Virus record (IMG/VR): IMGVR_UViG_3300037424_000169
Span: 1-60,890 of that record
Reading direction: 5' to 3' (one strand)
Source: a virus
Taxonomy: Duplodnaviria > Caudoviricetes
DNA length: 60,890 nt
Both the position numbers and the translations under genes were made by a program. The notes beneath the pieces were generated by a model, which saw only the letters and a program-made list of their open reading frames with translations, did no database searches and was not told the DNA's origin. Shown here in pieces: positions 46,020-55,474 of this stretch (the first letter of the stretch is position 1; each line of letters opens with the position of its first letter).

Positions 46020-48368
46020 GTGGGGGTTGTTCTGCCAAATAATTTTAATAATATTCCAGCCGAATTGCGTGCATTCCGAAGTTGGATTTGCTGGCGCTAT
46101 GAAGATATTGGGGCATCTAAGCTAAGCAAGGTCCCGTATCAACTTAATGGTAACAAAGCAAGTGTAACCGATCCCTCACATTGGAGTAGCTTTGATGAAG
46201 TATGCAATTGCGTTAGCAATTATTCTGGCATTGGCTTTGTGTTTAGCTCCCACAATCCTTACTCATTTATTGATTTAGACCAAACCGACAACCCCGAAAC
46301 TCTAAAACGTCAACAAGAAATATTTAAAACCTTTGCTTCATACTCCGAACTATCGCCAAGCGGTCAAGGTTTACACATTATTGTTAAAGGGTCTGTACCG
46401 CAAGGAAGGCGGCGCAATTCTATAGAGATTTATTCAAATGAACGCTATGCTACTTTTACCGGCAATGTTTATTTAAATGAGCCAATTAGAGAATGTCAGG
46501 CTGAGCTAACAGCATTGTGGGAAAGTTTGGGTAATGAAAAATCTCAACAATTAAAATTTGAAAGCCAGCCTGAGACAACTTCGGATCAAGAAGTAATTCG
46601 TATAGCTTCTGACGCTGCTAACGGTAATAAGTTTCAAGCTCTTTGGACTGGTGAATGGGGTGGTTTATATCCTTCTCAATCCGAAGCCGATCATTCTTTA
46701 ATAAACATGATTGCATTTTATACTAAAAATAAAATGCAAGTTGTTCGTATCTTTAGGCAGTCTGCGCTAGGGAAAAGAGAAAAAGCTAAACGTGGAGACT
46801 ATATTAAAAATATGGTCGATAAAGCTTTTGATCGTGAATTACCACCTATTGACATTGATGATATTAAAATACAAACTGAAGACGCGATTAGGGAGAGTAG
46901 CTTAAAGGTAAAGCCAGTTCCTCATAAGAACTTAGATGAAGGTTCGACCCCTTCTTCTCCCACCAATCCTTTAATTTTAATACCTGAAATTAAAAATAAA
47001 CCTTTCTTAACTCCACCACATGGATTAGTTGGGGAAATCGCACAGTTTATTTATGCCGCTGCTCCTAGACCCGTACCGGAAATTGCCATAGCGGCTGCAA
47101 TAGGTTTAATGGCTGGTATCTGTGGACGTGCCTACAATGTATCGTCAACAGGTTTAAACCAATATGTATTGCTATTAGCCAAAACAGGTAGAGGCAAAGA
47201 AGCCATCCAATCTGGTATATCTAAATTAATAGCTCACGTTCGCCAGCAAGTCCCCTCAATTGAAGAATGTATAGGGCCGGATGAAATTGCATCAGGCCCG
47301 GCACTTTATAAATATTTAAATAAAAATCCAGGTTTTGTATCTGTGCTATCTGAGTTTGGTTTACGTCTTGCTGCAATGTCGGACGGCCACGGCAATGGGG
47401 CTAATGTTTCCTTACGCCGCATGATCTTACAGCTTTACGCTAAGTCTGGCTTTAATGATGTAGCGCACCCTTCGATCTATTCCGATAAAGATAAAAATAT
47501 TGCCGCTATCCCTTCACCTGCATTTAGCATTTTAGGTGAAAGCACCCCTCACACATTTTATAAAAATCTAAATGAAGAAATGATTAGTGAAGGGTTGCTA
47601 CCTCGATTTCTTTTAATTGAATATGATGGCGAGCGTGTAGCAGAGAATGTAAATCATGCTAAAGCTGTGCCCTCCAATGAGTTGATAGATAAGCTGGCTC
47701 AAATTGCTGCTAATGCAGCGACCGTTGAAAATTCTCAGCCTAGGCGCGTTATCACTGTAAATTTTTCAGCCGAAGCTTCTAAAATAGCTGTTGATTTTTC
47801 AAATCAATGCGACCGTTTTATAAATAATAAAAATAATAATGAAGTTGTGATTGAGCTATGGAATAGAGCGCATTTGAAAGCTTTAAAACTTGCGGCGGTG
47901 GTCAGTGTAGGCATTAATATGTGGAACCCCACAATAGAAAAAGAACATTTAGAATGGGCTATTGGAATGGTAAATGCTGATATCAATACTCTCACTGAAA
48001 AATTTGCCAGCGGAAAGATCGGCGCAAATACTCAAGAGATAAAACAGATTGATGAAGTCGGTAGAGTTATTAAAGAATATGCTACTGGCGATTGGAAAGA
48101 AATTTCTAAATATTGTACAGCTAAAGATAAAATTTTATTTGAGGAAAAGGTTATACCTTACGGCTTTATTTCTAAAAGGCTAGTAGGTGTTGCTGCATTT
48201 AGAGTTGATAAAATGGGAGCTACGTTTGCAATTAAACGCACCATTCAAATTTTAATGGATCGTGACTATATACAAGAATTAAGCCGTCAACAATTAAAAG
48301 ATAAATTTGGTACTACACAGAAAAGTTACATGATTACAAATATAAAATTGTTGGAGGAAGGGGATTAA
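46020..48368 (+). CDS. primase-polymerase with C-terminal helicase-like (DUF3987-like) domain
   Basis: 'KVPY', 'GIGFVF..FIDLD', 'ELSPSGQGLH', 'SQSEAD'; C-terminal 'LLAKTGRGKE', 'GLLPRFL'. Confidence 0.9.
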   Translation: MGVVLPNNFNNIPAELRAFRSWICWRYEDIGASKLSKVPYQLNGNKASVTDPSHWSSFDEVCNCVSNYSGIGFVFSSHNPYSFIDLDQTDNPETLKRQQEIFKTFASYSELSPSGQGLHIIVKGSVPQGRRRNSIEIYSNERYATFTGNVYLNEPIRECQAELTALWESLGNEKSQQLKFESQPETTSDQEVIRIASDAANGNKFQALWTGEWGGLYPSQSEADHSLINMIAFYTKNKMQVVRIFRQSALGKREKAKRGDYIKNMVDKAFDRELPPIDIDDIKIQTEDAIRESSLKVKPVPHKNLDEGSTPSSPTNPLILIPEIKNKPFLTPPHGLVGEIAQFIYAAAPRPVPEIAIAAAIGLMAGICGRAYNVSSTGLNQYVLLLAKTGRGKEAIQSGISKLIAHVRQQVPSIEECIGPDEIASGPALYKYLNKNPGFVSVLSEFGLRLAAMSDGHGNGANVSLRRMILQLYAKSGFNDVAHPSIYSDKDKNIAAIPSPAFSILGESTPHTFYKNLNEEMISEGLLPRFLLIEYDGERVAENVNHAKAVPSNELIDKLAQIAANAATVENSQPRRVITVNFSAEASKIAVDFSNQCDRFINNKNNNEVVIELWNRAHLKALKLAAVVSVGINMWNPTIEKEHLEWAIGMVNADINTLTEKFASGKIGANTQEIKQIDEVGRVIKEYATGDWKEISKYCTAKDKILFEEKVIPYGFISKRLVGVAAFRVDKMGATFAIKRTIQILMDRDYIQELSRQQLKDKFGTTQKSYMITNIKLLEEGD
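46891..46965 (+). tRNA. tRNA with CAU anticodon (Ile2 or elongator Met) nested in primase CDS
   Basis: GGGAGAG/TTCTCCC acceptor, GCTT/AAGC D-stem, AGTTC-CTCATAA-GAACT anticodon arm, GAAGG-TTCGACC-CCTTC T-arm, ACCA end. Confidence 0.9.
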
Positions 48369-48790
48369 TCTTTAGCCCAACTTACTTACGCTCCCCCCGG
48401 TTCACTGGCTAGGGCGGCGCGCGATGCTGCGATAACATTTTGTCTTTCAGTCTCGTAGCAATCTACAAAGGTCGATTTTCCATCTGCGATAAATTCGACT
48501 GCGCGTTTCAACGCTTCCCTTACCTTGTCAGTCATTTCTACCACCCATAAATAATAGTTTGGCTATCAGCAATATAATCCAACCATATCCAAACGGCAAG
48601 CACAAATAAGCTGAGTACAGTAAGGGTTGACAGTTCTTTTAAAATCCACATTTGGTTAATCCTTTTTAAAATTAAACGGGGCTTCTTATCCAACTATAGG
48701 TATTTCTATAGTTTTAGGTTAAACCCAGATAAGAACTTTTGTCTAGCATTAGTACCATAGCCGTTTGCCAGCTATAGAACCCCAAACAAT

Positions 48791-48991
48791 TTAAACTCCC
48801 ACTTGCTGTTCAATCTGCTTACGCATATACTGGCGTGGCTTTGACTGCAACGCACTACCTACAGCCTTACCAGCACGAATACGCATGTAGATAGTAATGT
48901 AGCTCAACTCAGGATGCTTCTTTTGAGCGGACTTAACAGCAGCTTTAATCGACTTAAACTTGATAGCACCAAACTTGATTTGCTTAGACAT
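48791..48991 (-). CDS. small basic HTH-like protein
   Basis: FKSI..A...Y.TIY.R; resembles 60443..60655. Confidence 0.65.
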   Translation of the reverse strand: MSKQIKFGAIKFKSIKAAVKSAQKKHPELSYITIYMRIRAGKAVGSALQSKPRQYMRKQIEQQVGV

Positions 48992-49063
48992 AGCATGTTC
49001 CTTTTTATATTTTGCTAATTACGATTTAAAGATACTACATTGTTTTAGATTAGAGGTCAAGCT

Positions 49064-49381
49064 TTAAATTTGTGGCGTTTGCGCCATTTCAATTGCATCC
49101 TTAGCTTCTTTCAAACCATAGCCAGTGAGCATACGGCAAGCTTTGATAGCTTCAATCTTTTTACCAGTGCGCATACTTTCCAGCATTAGCTTAACTTCTG
49201 CACCAGCGGCGGCTACAATTTGATCGTGAGTTGGCTTAGATACAACAACTTCGGTACTTTTGATACCAGCTTCGATTGTATCAAGCATATCTTGAAGCTC
49301 ATCTTCAGTGAAGCTGATCGCGTGTTGGCGAGTAATATTTGAAACCAATTGGGCAAATTTAATCGTATTCATTCTATCCAT
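49064..49381 (-). CDS. ribosomal protein L7/L12 C-terminal-like domain protein
   Basis: KKIEAIKACRMLTGYGLKEAKDAIE. Confidence 0.85.
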   Translation of the reverse strand: MDRMNTIKFAQLVSNITRQHAISFTEDELQDMLDTIEAGIKSTEVVVSKPTHDQIVAAAGAEVKLMLESMRTGKKIEAIKACRMLTGYGLKEAKDAIEMAQTPQI

Positions 49382-49446
49382 CCTACATTTTGCTATGGGC
49401 TATTGCCCGGTTGACTTCAATACCTTACTACATTCTTTTAGAAGTG

Positions 49447-49614
49447 TCAAGTGGTAGTTTTTAGATTAGCTCTAATGCGGTTTAATAGGCTTTCTAAAGC
49501 AAGTTCTCTGATTATTTTAGACACACTTTTATTTTGTAATTTACTTAAATTTTTAATAATCTCAAACTGATCAGGAGTAAATCTCACATTAACTTTCATC
49601 ATCTTAGGCTTCAT
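49447..49614 (-). CDS. ribbon-helix-helix (CopG-like) protein, 55 aa (not in ORF track)
   Basis: KVNVRFTPDQFEIIKNLSKLQNKSVSKIIRE; AAGGAA RBS. Confidence 0.7.
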   Translation of the reverse strand: MKPKMMKVNVRFTPDQFEIIKNLSKLQNKSVSKIIRELALESLLNRIRANLKTTT

Positions 49615-49619
49615 ATTCC

Positions 49620-49796
49620 TTACCCCTGTTCCGTTTCAATCCAAGTTGTAAAGCCACCTGCAAACCTATCCTTAAGCCGTTCGATGGTGACAAGCTCGAT
49701 TGTAGTTAATGGGCGCTTAGCTCTATCACCAATGGCATTAGCCATTAGCTTGTCAAGAGCTTCAAAGTCGTATTTGGATAGTTCGTATTTTTGCAT
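49620..49796 (-). CDS. hypothetical protein, 58 aa (not in ORF track)
   Basis: GAAGGAA RBS and upstream promoter. Confidence 0.55.
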   Translation of the reverse strand: MQKYELSKYDFEALDKLMANAIGDRAKRPLTTIELVTIERLKDRFAGGFTTWIETEQG

Positions 49797-50036
49797 GTTA
49801 CTTTTCCTTCAGTCTCATTAATATACATTATTTAAAACTTATTGCAAGAGCTATTTTCAATCTTTTTGGATAATATTATTGATTTGTTACCACACATTCA
49901 TAAAATTGATTATTTTCGTAATCTTTTAGTTTTACTATTGAGCCATCTTTAATTTCTTGATCAAACCTATAATATGCAATCATAGTTGGATTTAAATCAA
50001 ACAAATCTGGTAGCTTGGTAAATTTATATATCATTT

Positions 50037-50765
50037 CTAACCCCTCCCAATCAGTTTAATTCCGCCACCCTGGCCTACCGGGCGTCCGAAGCTTGCCCGC
50101 TCACCAGCGGCCTTCCCTGCCCCGTAGCTATCCCGATTTGTGCGGGTGCCGCGCTGCCTAGGTTCCCGCAAAGCCAAGCCCATTTCCTTCATTTTGGCAT
50201 CAATCAAAGCATTCTTGATAACGACCAGTGCGTTAGCATTGTCGCTAGCCTTATCCTCTGAGCCTTCCATAAGTTCATTCAAACGCTCATTAATCCGGCG
50301 CGTACAGCCCATTACAAAACCCATAATAATCGGGCGCTTTTCATTTGGAGGTAGACTAGTATAATCATTACCCCAAATGTAATTCTTAAGTTCTTTCTGC
50401 ACAAACATCGTCAGAGTTTCAGTGAGCCACATTGCAAATTCTACATCAGATGGTAAGCCCACAAAATTGTATTGATACTTCTGACTTTTAAATTCATGCC
50501 GGTAGCATTTAGTATTGGTAAACTCAGAAATACGTCTAGTCAACATTGACCTGATATGATGAGGATCGCGCATATCCTTCATTGTGTCTTTAATCGCGCT
50601 TTCAGCTTTGGTTTCAGCCAAATCTTCATCCGTCACATTGTAGGCATCCATCATAGCTTGAGCCATTGACAGAGCAGACATAGCTTCAGCTTCGCTGCAA
50701 CCATTATCAATGGTCTTCGACATAAGAGCGCGAATTTTGCGCAACATGTTTTCACGATTGTTCAT
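50037..50765 (-). CDS. DUF2786-like protein
   Basis: 'KIRALM...SEAEA..A..MAQAMM..YN' N-terminus. Confidence 0.8.
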   Translation of the reverse strand: MNNRENMLRKIRALMSKTIDNGCSEAEAMSALSMAQAMMDAYNVTDEDLAETKAESAIKDTMKDMRDPHHIRSMLTRRISEFTNTKCYRHEFKSQKYQYNFVGLPSDVEFAMWLTETLTMFVQKELKNYIWGNDYTSLPPNEKRPIIMGFVMGCTRRINERLNELMEGSEDKASDNANALVVIKNALIDAKMKEMGLALREPRQRGTRTNRDSYGAGKAAGERASFGRPVGQGGGIKLIGRG

Positions 50766-50838
50766 TTTGCTTATTCCTAGTTGATAATTTAAAATAGCCT
50801 ACCAACTAATTAAAGTCAATAGGCTATATTAAATTATT

Positions 50839-51093
50839 TTACTTCACCTTTATTACAATACCATCTTTCAATTCAGCTTCCGCATACCAAGTGTGGGCAG
50901 CAGGATAGTGCGGACCTTCCAAGCAAATCTTACCAGTGAAGTTTGAAAGGTCAGGACCAAGGCCGGGATTGAAACATTTAACAGGTTTTTGAATAACAGG
51001 ATTAAATCCTAACTTAGCTACTTTATTATTCCACCTATTTACTTCATTTTTTAGCTCATTCTTAGTCTTAAAGTTAATTACAGTATATGCCAT
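50839..51093 (-). CDS. small phage early protein
   Basis: 'NFKTK..LK...EGPHYP..HTWYA'; AGGAGG RBS. Confidence 0.7.
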   Translation of the reverse strand: MAYTVINFKTKNELKNEVNRWNNKVAKLGFNPVIQKPVKCFNPGLGPDLSNFTGKICLEGPHYPAAHTWYAEAELKDGIVIKVK

Positions 51094-51144
51094 TCTATCC
51101 TCCTACATTTTGATATCTTATCCTACTCCCATTTCTTTAAATTG

Positions 51145-51408
51145 TCAATCCTCTATTTCTTTCATTGTAATTAGAGCTAGTGAGATAGGTCTTTTAGATT
51201 TGGGATGAGCATTTAAACTTTTATGTGCTGCTTTTTTATATTCTGTTTTATCCTTTACTTTAATTCTTAACGCTTTTAGCTGCTTAATTGTCAGTCCCCC
51301 ATTTTTAGCTGCCGATTGACAATTAGAGGTAAATGAGCTTACCCCATCCCTCTTCATTATTATTGTACATAATCCATAAGCTTCTTGTAATTCCTTTTTA
51401 GTTAGCAT
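51145..51408 (-). CDS. hypothetical protein
   Basis: ORF with GAGG RBS. Confidence 0.55.
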   Translation of the reverse strand: MLTKKELQEAYGLCTIIMKRDGVSSFTSNCQSAAKNGGLTIKQLKALRIKVKDKTEYKKAAHKSLNAHPKSKRPISLALITMKEIED

Positions 51409-51892
51409 GGCCAGCCTCTTTATTCACTATATTCATATAATCCTGAGCCATATTTAATGGCGTCCAATCATCGTCCAGATTACCATCCGGCAGCACTACA
51501 CAATATCGACCATCTTCTCTACTGATTAAATAAGCGCGTCCTGTGGCAGGATGATTATGCTCATTAATTGGTTGAGGTTCACGCACTATCTCAAAATCTT
51601 TTAAATTCCATTTTGGTTTGCTATAAACCGGGCCATCCCCTTCCATTCGTGGTTCAAGCTTCATTTTTGTTTTAGGTACAGGCTTTGCCGGCTTAGCTGT
51701 TACAACAGCTTTCAGATGATCGCTTAATTTATCAGTCAATCGACCTTGTTCATAAAATCGGCGCAATCTAGTTTGGCCAACCCAGTATTCACTTTTAGCT
51801 CCATTATCTGCTTTATACCTAAGAAAATACAACATATGACCTTGGGGTTGCTTTTCCTCGCTAACCACTTGATATTTATAAGTTTTTTTCAT
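51398..51892 (-). CDS. hypothetical protein
   Basis: first gene of leftward early arm; AAGGA RBS. Confidence 0.6.
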   Translation of the reverse strand: MKKTYKYQVVSEEKQPQGHMLYFLRYKADNGAKSEYWVGQTRLRRFYEQGRLTDKLSDHLKAVVTAKPAKPVPKTKMKLEPRMEGDGPVYSKPKWNLKDFEIVREPQPINEHNHPATGRAYLISREDGRYCVVLPDGNLDDDWTPLNMAQDYMNIVNKEAGHAN

Positions 51893-52585
51893 AAATGGAT
51901 ATCCTTTATACTTGTATCTCTGCTGACATTATATCATTTCTGCCCACAAATCAAGGGCTTTCTAGCGTCCATTTGATAAACCGATATGCTATATCTTGTG
52001 ATCTTCAAAAAATATAATGAAAGTTAATGGCCCATTAATGCTGTATGTTATTGTTTTTTATTAGCAATTGGTCTTTTATATATTTATATATCAATATAAT
52101 GATCCTCGACACCCTACCCATAAACCCATATCTCTATCCTATATATGGATATCTCTAAAGTGATATATGATATCCTGATATCCTTACTCTATATCTACTA
52201 TATTATTATTATATATATTATATATATATATAAAGAGTATAAAAGAGTAGAGAAATCAAAGACTTACAGGACTAATGCAAGATTAGCGTTTATGAGGGAA
52301 ATTTTGGCGATCTAAACTGGTAAGCTATTGAAAAGATTAAGGAAAACTGTTAAGATGGCGGAAGATATAAGAATAGTGGTTTATGAGTTCCATTGGACGG
52401 CGAACTGACAGCATAAACGCTTAAATTGTGGGCATAAGATGTGGAAAGAATAGAAGAGACAAAGAGTTAGGAAGGAATCTATAAACTGATAAACTGATAT
52501 CTTGAGGGGATGGGATAGGATCAAGACTTGACAACCTTTAAGATTTATGCAATGAGTGAAGGTTGAATAGGAAAAGGAAGATATC
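51893..52585. other. non-coding divergence region, candidate origin or terminus
   Basis: no credible ORF; (AT)n tract at about 52195-52235; strand switch. Confidence 0.5.
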
Positions 52586-52948
52586 ATGAAGATTAGAGAA
52601 GCGTTGAGATTGTTTGTTAATGCTACTGCTGATGATTATGATAAATGGATACTTTGGCAGATAAAAGAAATTAATGATTTAGCTGCTGAAGCCTTAGCTT
52701 TAAATGATTGGCAACCTATTGAGACTGCGCCGAAGGATGATAAAGCTTTGTATGGTTATTGGACTCAATTTGATAATTGGTATACTCATTTATTTACAGG
52801 GTCACATGAGCCAATTATATACGGATACACCCACTGGCAACCACTTCCTGAACCTCCTAAGCTTAGCTCAACATTAGATGCTGCTACTAAAATTACTATG
52901 GTTGATATTACTAATTTAAAAACAACTATGAAAAATCAGGACAGGTAA
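52586..52948 (+). CDS. DUF551-like protein
   Basis: WQPIETAPKD...THWQPLPEPP. Confidence 0.8.
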   Translation: MKIREALRLFVNATADDYDKWILWQIKEINDLAAEALALNDWQPIETAPKDDKALYGYWTQFDNWYTHLFTGSHEPIIYGYTHWQPLPEPPKLSSTLDAATKITMVDITNLKTTMKNQDR

Positions 52949-53221
52949 AATGAAACGTATCATATGGATTGCTCAAGATAAGAGGCATAGGATAATAAGT
53001 GTATGGTATTCCAATCATGCTCACTCATTGCGGAGTTGGAAACGTATAGCTAGAATGACAGGTGCCTATCACATTACTAAACATTATATAGAGGTTTGAC
53101 AAATGACAAAAGATGAATGGTTGTGGGTTGGTAGATATTTATTAATTGTGTGCGGATCATTTTTAGCAGGATACTCTATGTATGATTATTTATATTAATT
53201 AAATAGGATTAAATGTAGCTA

Positions 53222-53323
53222 TTGACTGTATTTTGAAAATGTGTTATAATGTAAGATTAAGTAAAAAGTCCTATAAAATAATTTTAAAATAAGTGTTGAC
53301 ATAGTTTTAAAATGTGGTAGATT
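53222..53323 (+). promoter_or_regulatory. tandem sigma70 promoters
   Basis: TTGACT-N17-TATAAT (53222-53250) and TTGACA-N16-TAGATT (53296-53323). Confidence 0.75.
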
Positions 53324-53353
53324 GTAAGGGTAGACAGAAGGTAGGAGGAATAA

Positions 53354-53635
53354 ATGAATGATAGCCACATTGGGGTGACTGACGGTAAATGCACTAGCTT
53401 TGTTGGGAATGATGCGGTAAATTATGTACGCGCTGAATTGTTAGCTTCAAGTCTTAGATTGTACGCAAGCTGTGGTATTCGTCCTACCCGCACAGTTGGC
53501 CCAACTCAAATGCTTCAAATGGCTACTGGTTACACTGGTAAAAAATACAAGCGTAGTGAATATATAAAAGCCGCAGACGATGTAAAGAAATGGGCCGATG
53601 AAATGAAAGCGGCCTTACCAAAGATACATAATTAG
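53354..53635 (+). CDS. hypothetical early protein
   Basis: AGGAGG RBS, own promoters and terminator. Confidence 0.75.
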   Translation: MNDSHIGVTDGKCTSFVGNDAVNYVRAELLASSLRLYASCGIRPTRTVGPTQMLQMATGYTGKKYKRSEYIKAADDVKKWADEMKAALPKIHN

Positions 53636-53643
53636 AAAATATA

Positions 53644-53675
53644 TGGGTAGATGTAAAAGTTTACCCATTTTATTT
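53644..53675 (+). terminator. intrinsic terminator
   Basis: TGGGTAGA...TTTACCCA followed by a T-run. Confidence 0.55.
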
Positions 53676-53822
53676 TAAATAGGAGACTAACATGGGCTAC
53701 TCCAAACTTCTCCCTAACCCCTTCAATGATCTAAATTCCAGCTTGCGTTTCAAAGTGAAAGCTGGTATAAAGAAAATGAAGGAAAATGTTAAGAAGTTGA
53801 AGAAAATGAAAGGGAAGAAGAA

Positions 53823-54038
53823 ATGAGTATCAGCAAAATAAGTCTTCAAGACGACGAATATTATTGGCTTAATGCTCCTGCAATTAGTCCTGATAGGCCA
53901 TTGATGATTGGCCAATATTCTTATAATCCTTATTCTGGTGGTCGCTATAGGTGGTTCATTGGTGGACAAATGTATACAGTCGGGGTTGGGGTTGATGTTA
54001 TAAAGCGGATACCTAAGCCACGTATTAATAAGGAATAA
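53823..54038 (+). CDS. hypothetical protein
   Basis: ORF. Confidence 0.55.
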   Translation: MSISKISLQDDEYYWLNAPAISPDRPLMIGQYSYNPYSGGRYRWFIGGQMYTVGVGVDVIKRIPKPRINKE

Positions 54039-54041
54039 GAA

Positions 54042-54527
54042 ATGACCACTGAAACCCAATACTGGCTTCAAAAGAAACCTTTTAATAGCTGGCAGCATAT
54101 CACATGGTATGCTACGCTAGAGGAAGCTAAAGCTAATTTTGATAAGGTTAGCGAAAGCTCAGGTTATAGTTGGAGGTTGATCAAGGCTGAAGTTCTTGAG
54201 GAACGATTGCTTGAAGGTGAACGTCCTGAGATGAAGCAGGAGGGGGAACCGATTAGCAGCCCCGTACAGGCCGTTAAATCGTCTTGGGGTGGGCAGGGTG
54301 CCTCCGGGTGGGAAAAGCCTACTGTTAATGGGGGTTGGTCTGATGTTAATGGAGGATGGGCTACTAATGATTTTGCTGCAAATATTTTAAAATCAGAGCA
54401 TGGTATGGTTGGGAAGGTCTGGTTGGGTAATCCGGCCACCAAAGAAAAGAAACGTGTTGGACCTGAATTAGTATCTGCTATGATGGCTGATGGTTGGATT
54501 AAAGCTGGTCCGAGAACGGTGCTTTAA
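54042..54527 (+). CDS. hypothetical protein with GW repeats
   Basis: AAGGA RBS; SWGG/SGW/NGGW repeats. Confidence 0.65.
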   Translation: MTTETQYWLQKKPFNSWQHITWYATLEEAKANFDKVSESSGYSWRLIKAEVLEERLLEGERPEMKQEGEPISSPVQAVKSSWGGQGASGWEKPTVNGGWSDVNGGWATNDFAANILKSEHGMVGKVWLGNPATKEKKRVGPELVSAMMADGWIKAGPRTVL

Positions 54528-54782
54528 ATAGAAGTCGCTGCTGTATGAAAAATCAGTAGACCCATTGGGCGAAGTGGTCAGGATATGTCCTGATTAGCTG
54601 AAGATCGTGAATGGGGACAATTTAAGAAGGATGTTGTGATGATAATATGTATTCAAGGTTATTGTTTAAATGATGAAGCTTTTGTTTGTCGCGTGAGCTA
54701 TCACGTTAGCGATCAATATGGACCGCTTAATAGCCCAAGTGATTGTGAATGGATTGTACCTGGAACAATAGAGGAATAGGTT

Positions 54783-55019
54783 ATGCTCAATAAAGGATTA
54801 ATGACACAAACTCTTAGTAGAGGAACTAGGCCTATGTCTATCGTTCGTGAAAATCTTATGACTGAGGTCGGTTACACTCCGTATTGCGGTGATGAAACTT
54901 GTAAGGCTCGATGGCCGCGTACTAGCTTTAACGGTAAACAATTTCAATGTTCTTGTGGTTGGACTTCTGGATTTGAAGCTAAGTTCATTGAAGAATATAA
55001 AGTTAAGTGGAATAAGTAA
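54783..55019 (+). CDS. small Zn-binding hypothetical protein
   Basis: YTPYCG...C...WPR...FQCSCGW. Confidence 0.6.
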   Translation: MLNKGLMTQTLSRGTRPMSIVRENLMTEVGYTPYCGDETCKARWPRTSFNGKQFQCSCGWTSGFEAKFIEEYKVKWNK

Positions 55020-55180
55020 AATGTCCACTCCCCTCACTCACGGCTGGTATTTGAAGGCTATTCGTGTTATAGCTATTATCAGGATCAATCCTTTTATAAA
55101 ACAAGTCCCAATAATGTTTTATGGGGATAAGTTTAAAATGATTGGGAATTACTCAGAGGATAGAATTTTAAAAGCAGGAA

Positions 55181-55474
55181 ATGATAATGCAGAAGGAATA
55201 TTGGATTAATGTGTATGAGGGATACAGATATTTTATATGCCATAGTAAATTTCAAGCTAAATATGAAAGTTTGTATCTCAGAACCCTCTACCGCATTCAT
55301 GTTAAAATGAAGCCTGCGGCCCCTCTTATTGAAATGACCCTTGATCAGTTCAAAGATTATATGAATAACCCAGAATGGCAAGATAATTGGAAGCCTGCCG
55401 GTGTCGCCTACACAACAGAACGTGAAATGAAAGTTGAACGGCTTAACTGGCCTGTTATTAAAATGGAGTGGTAG
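55181..55474 (+). CDS. hypothetical protein
   Basis: ORF with AGGA RBS. Confidence 0.55.
   Translation: MIMQKEYWINVYEGYRYFICHSKFQAKYESLYLRTLYRIHVKMKPAAPLIEMTLDQFKDYMNNPEWQDNWKPAGVAYTTEREMKVERLNWPVIKMEW

Noticed and set aside
54560-54630. Hammerhead ribozyme suggested by CTGAAGA
   Set aside because: No GAAA with stem II/III and cleavage triplet in the required arrangement.
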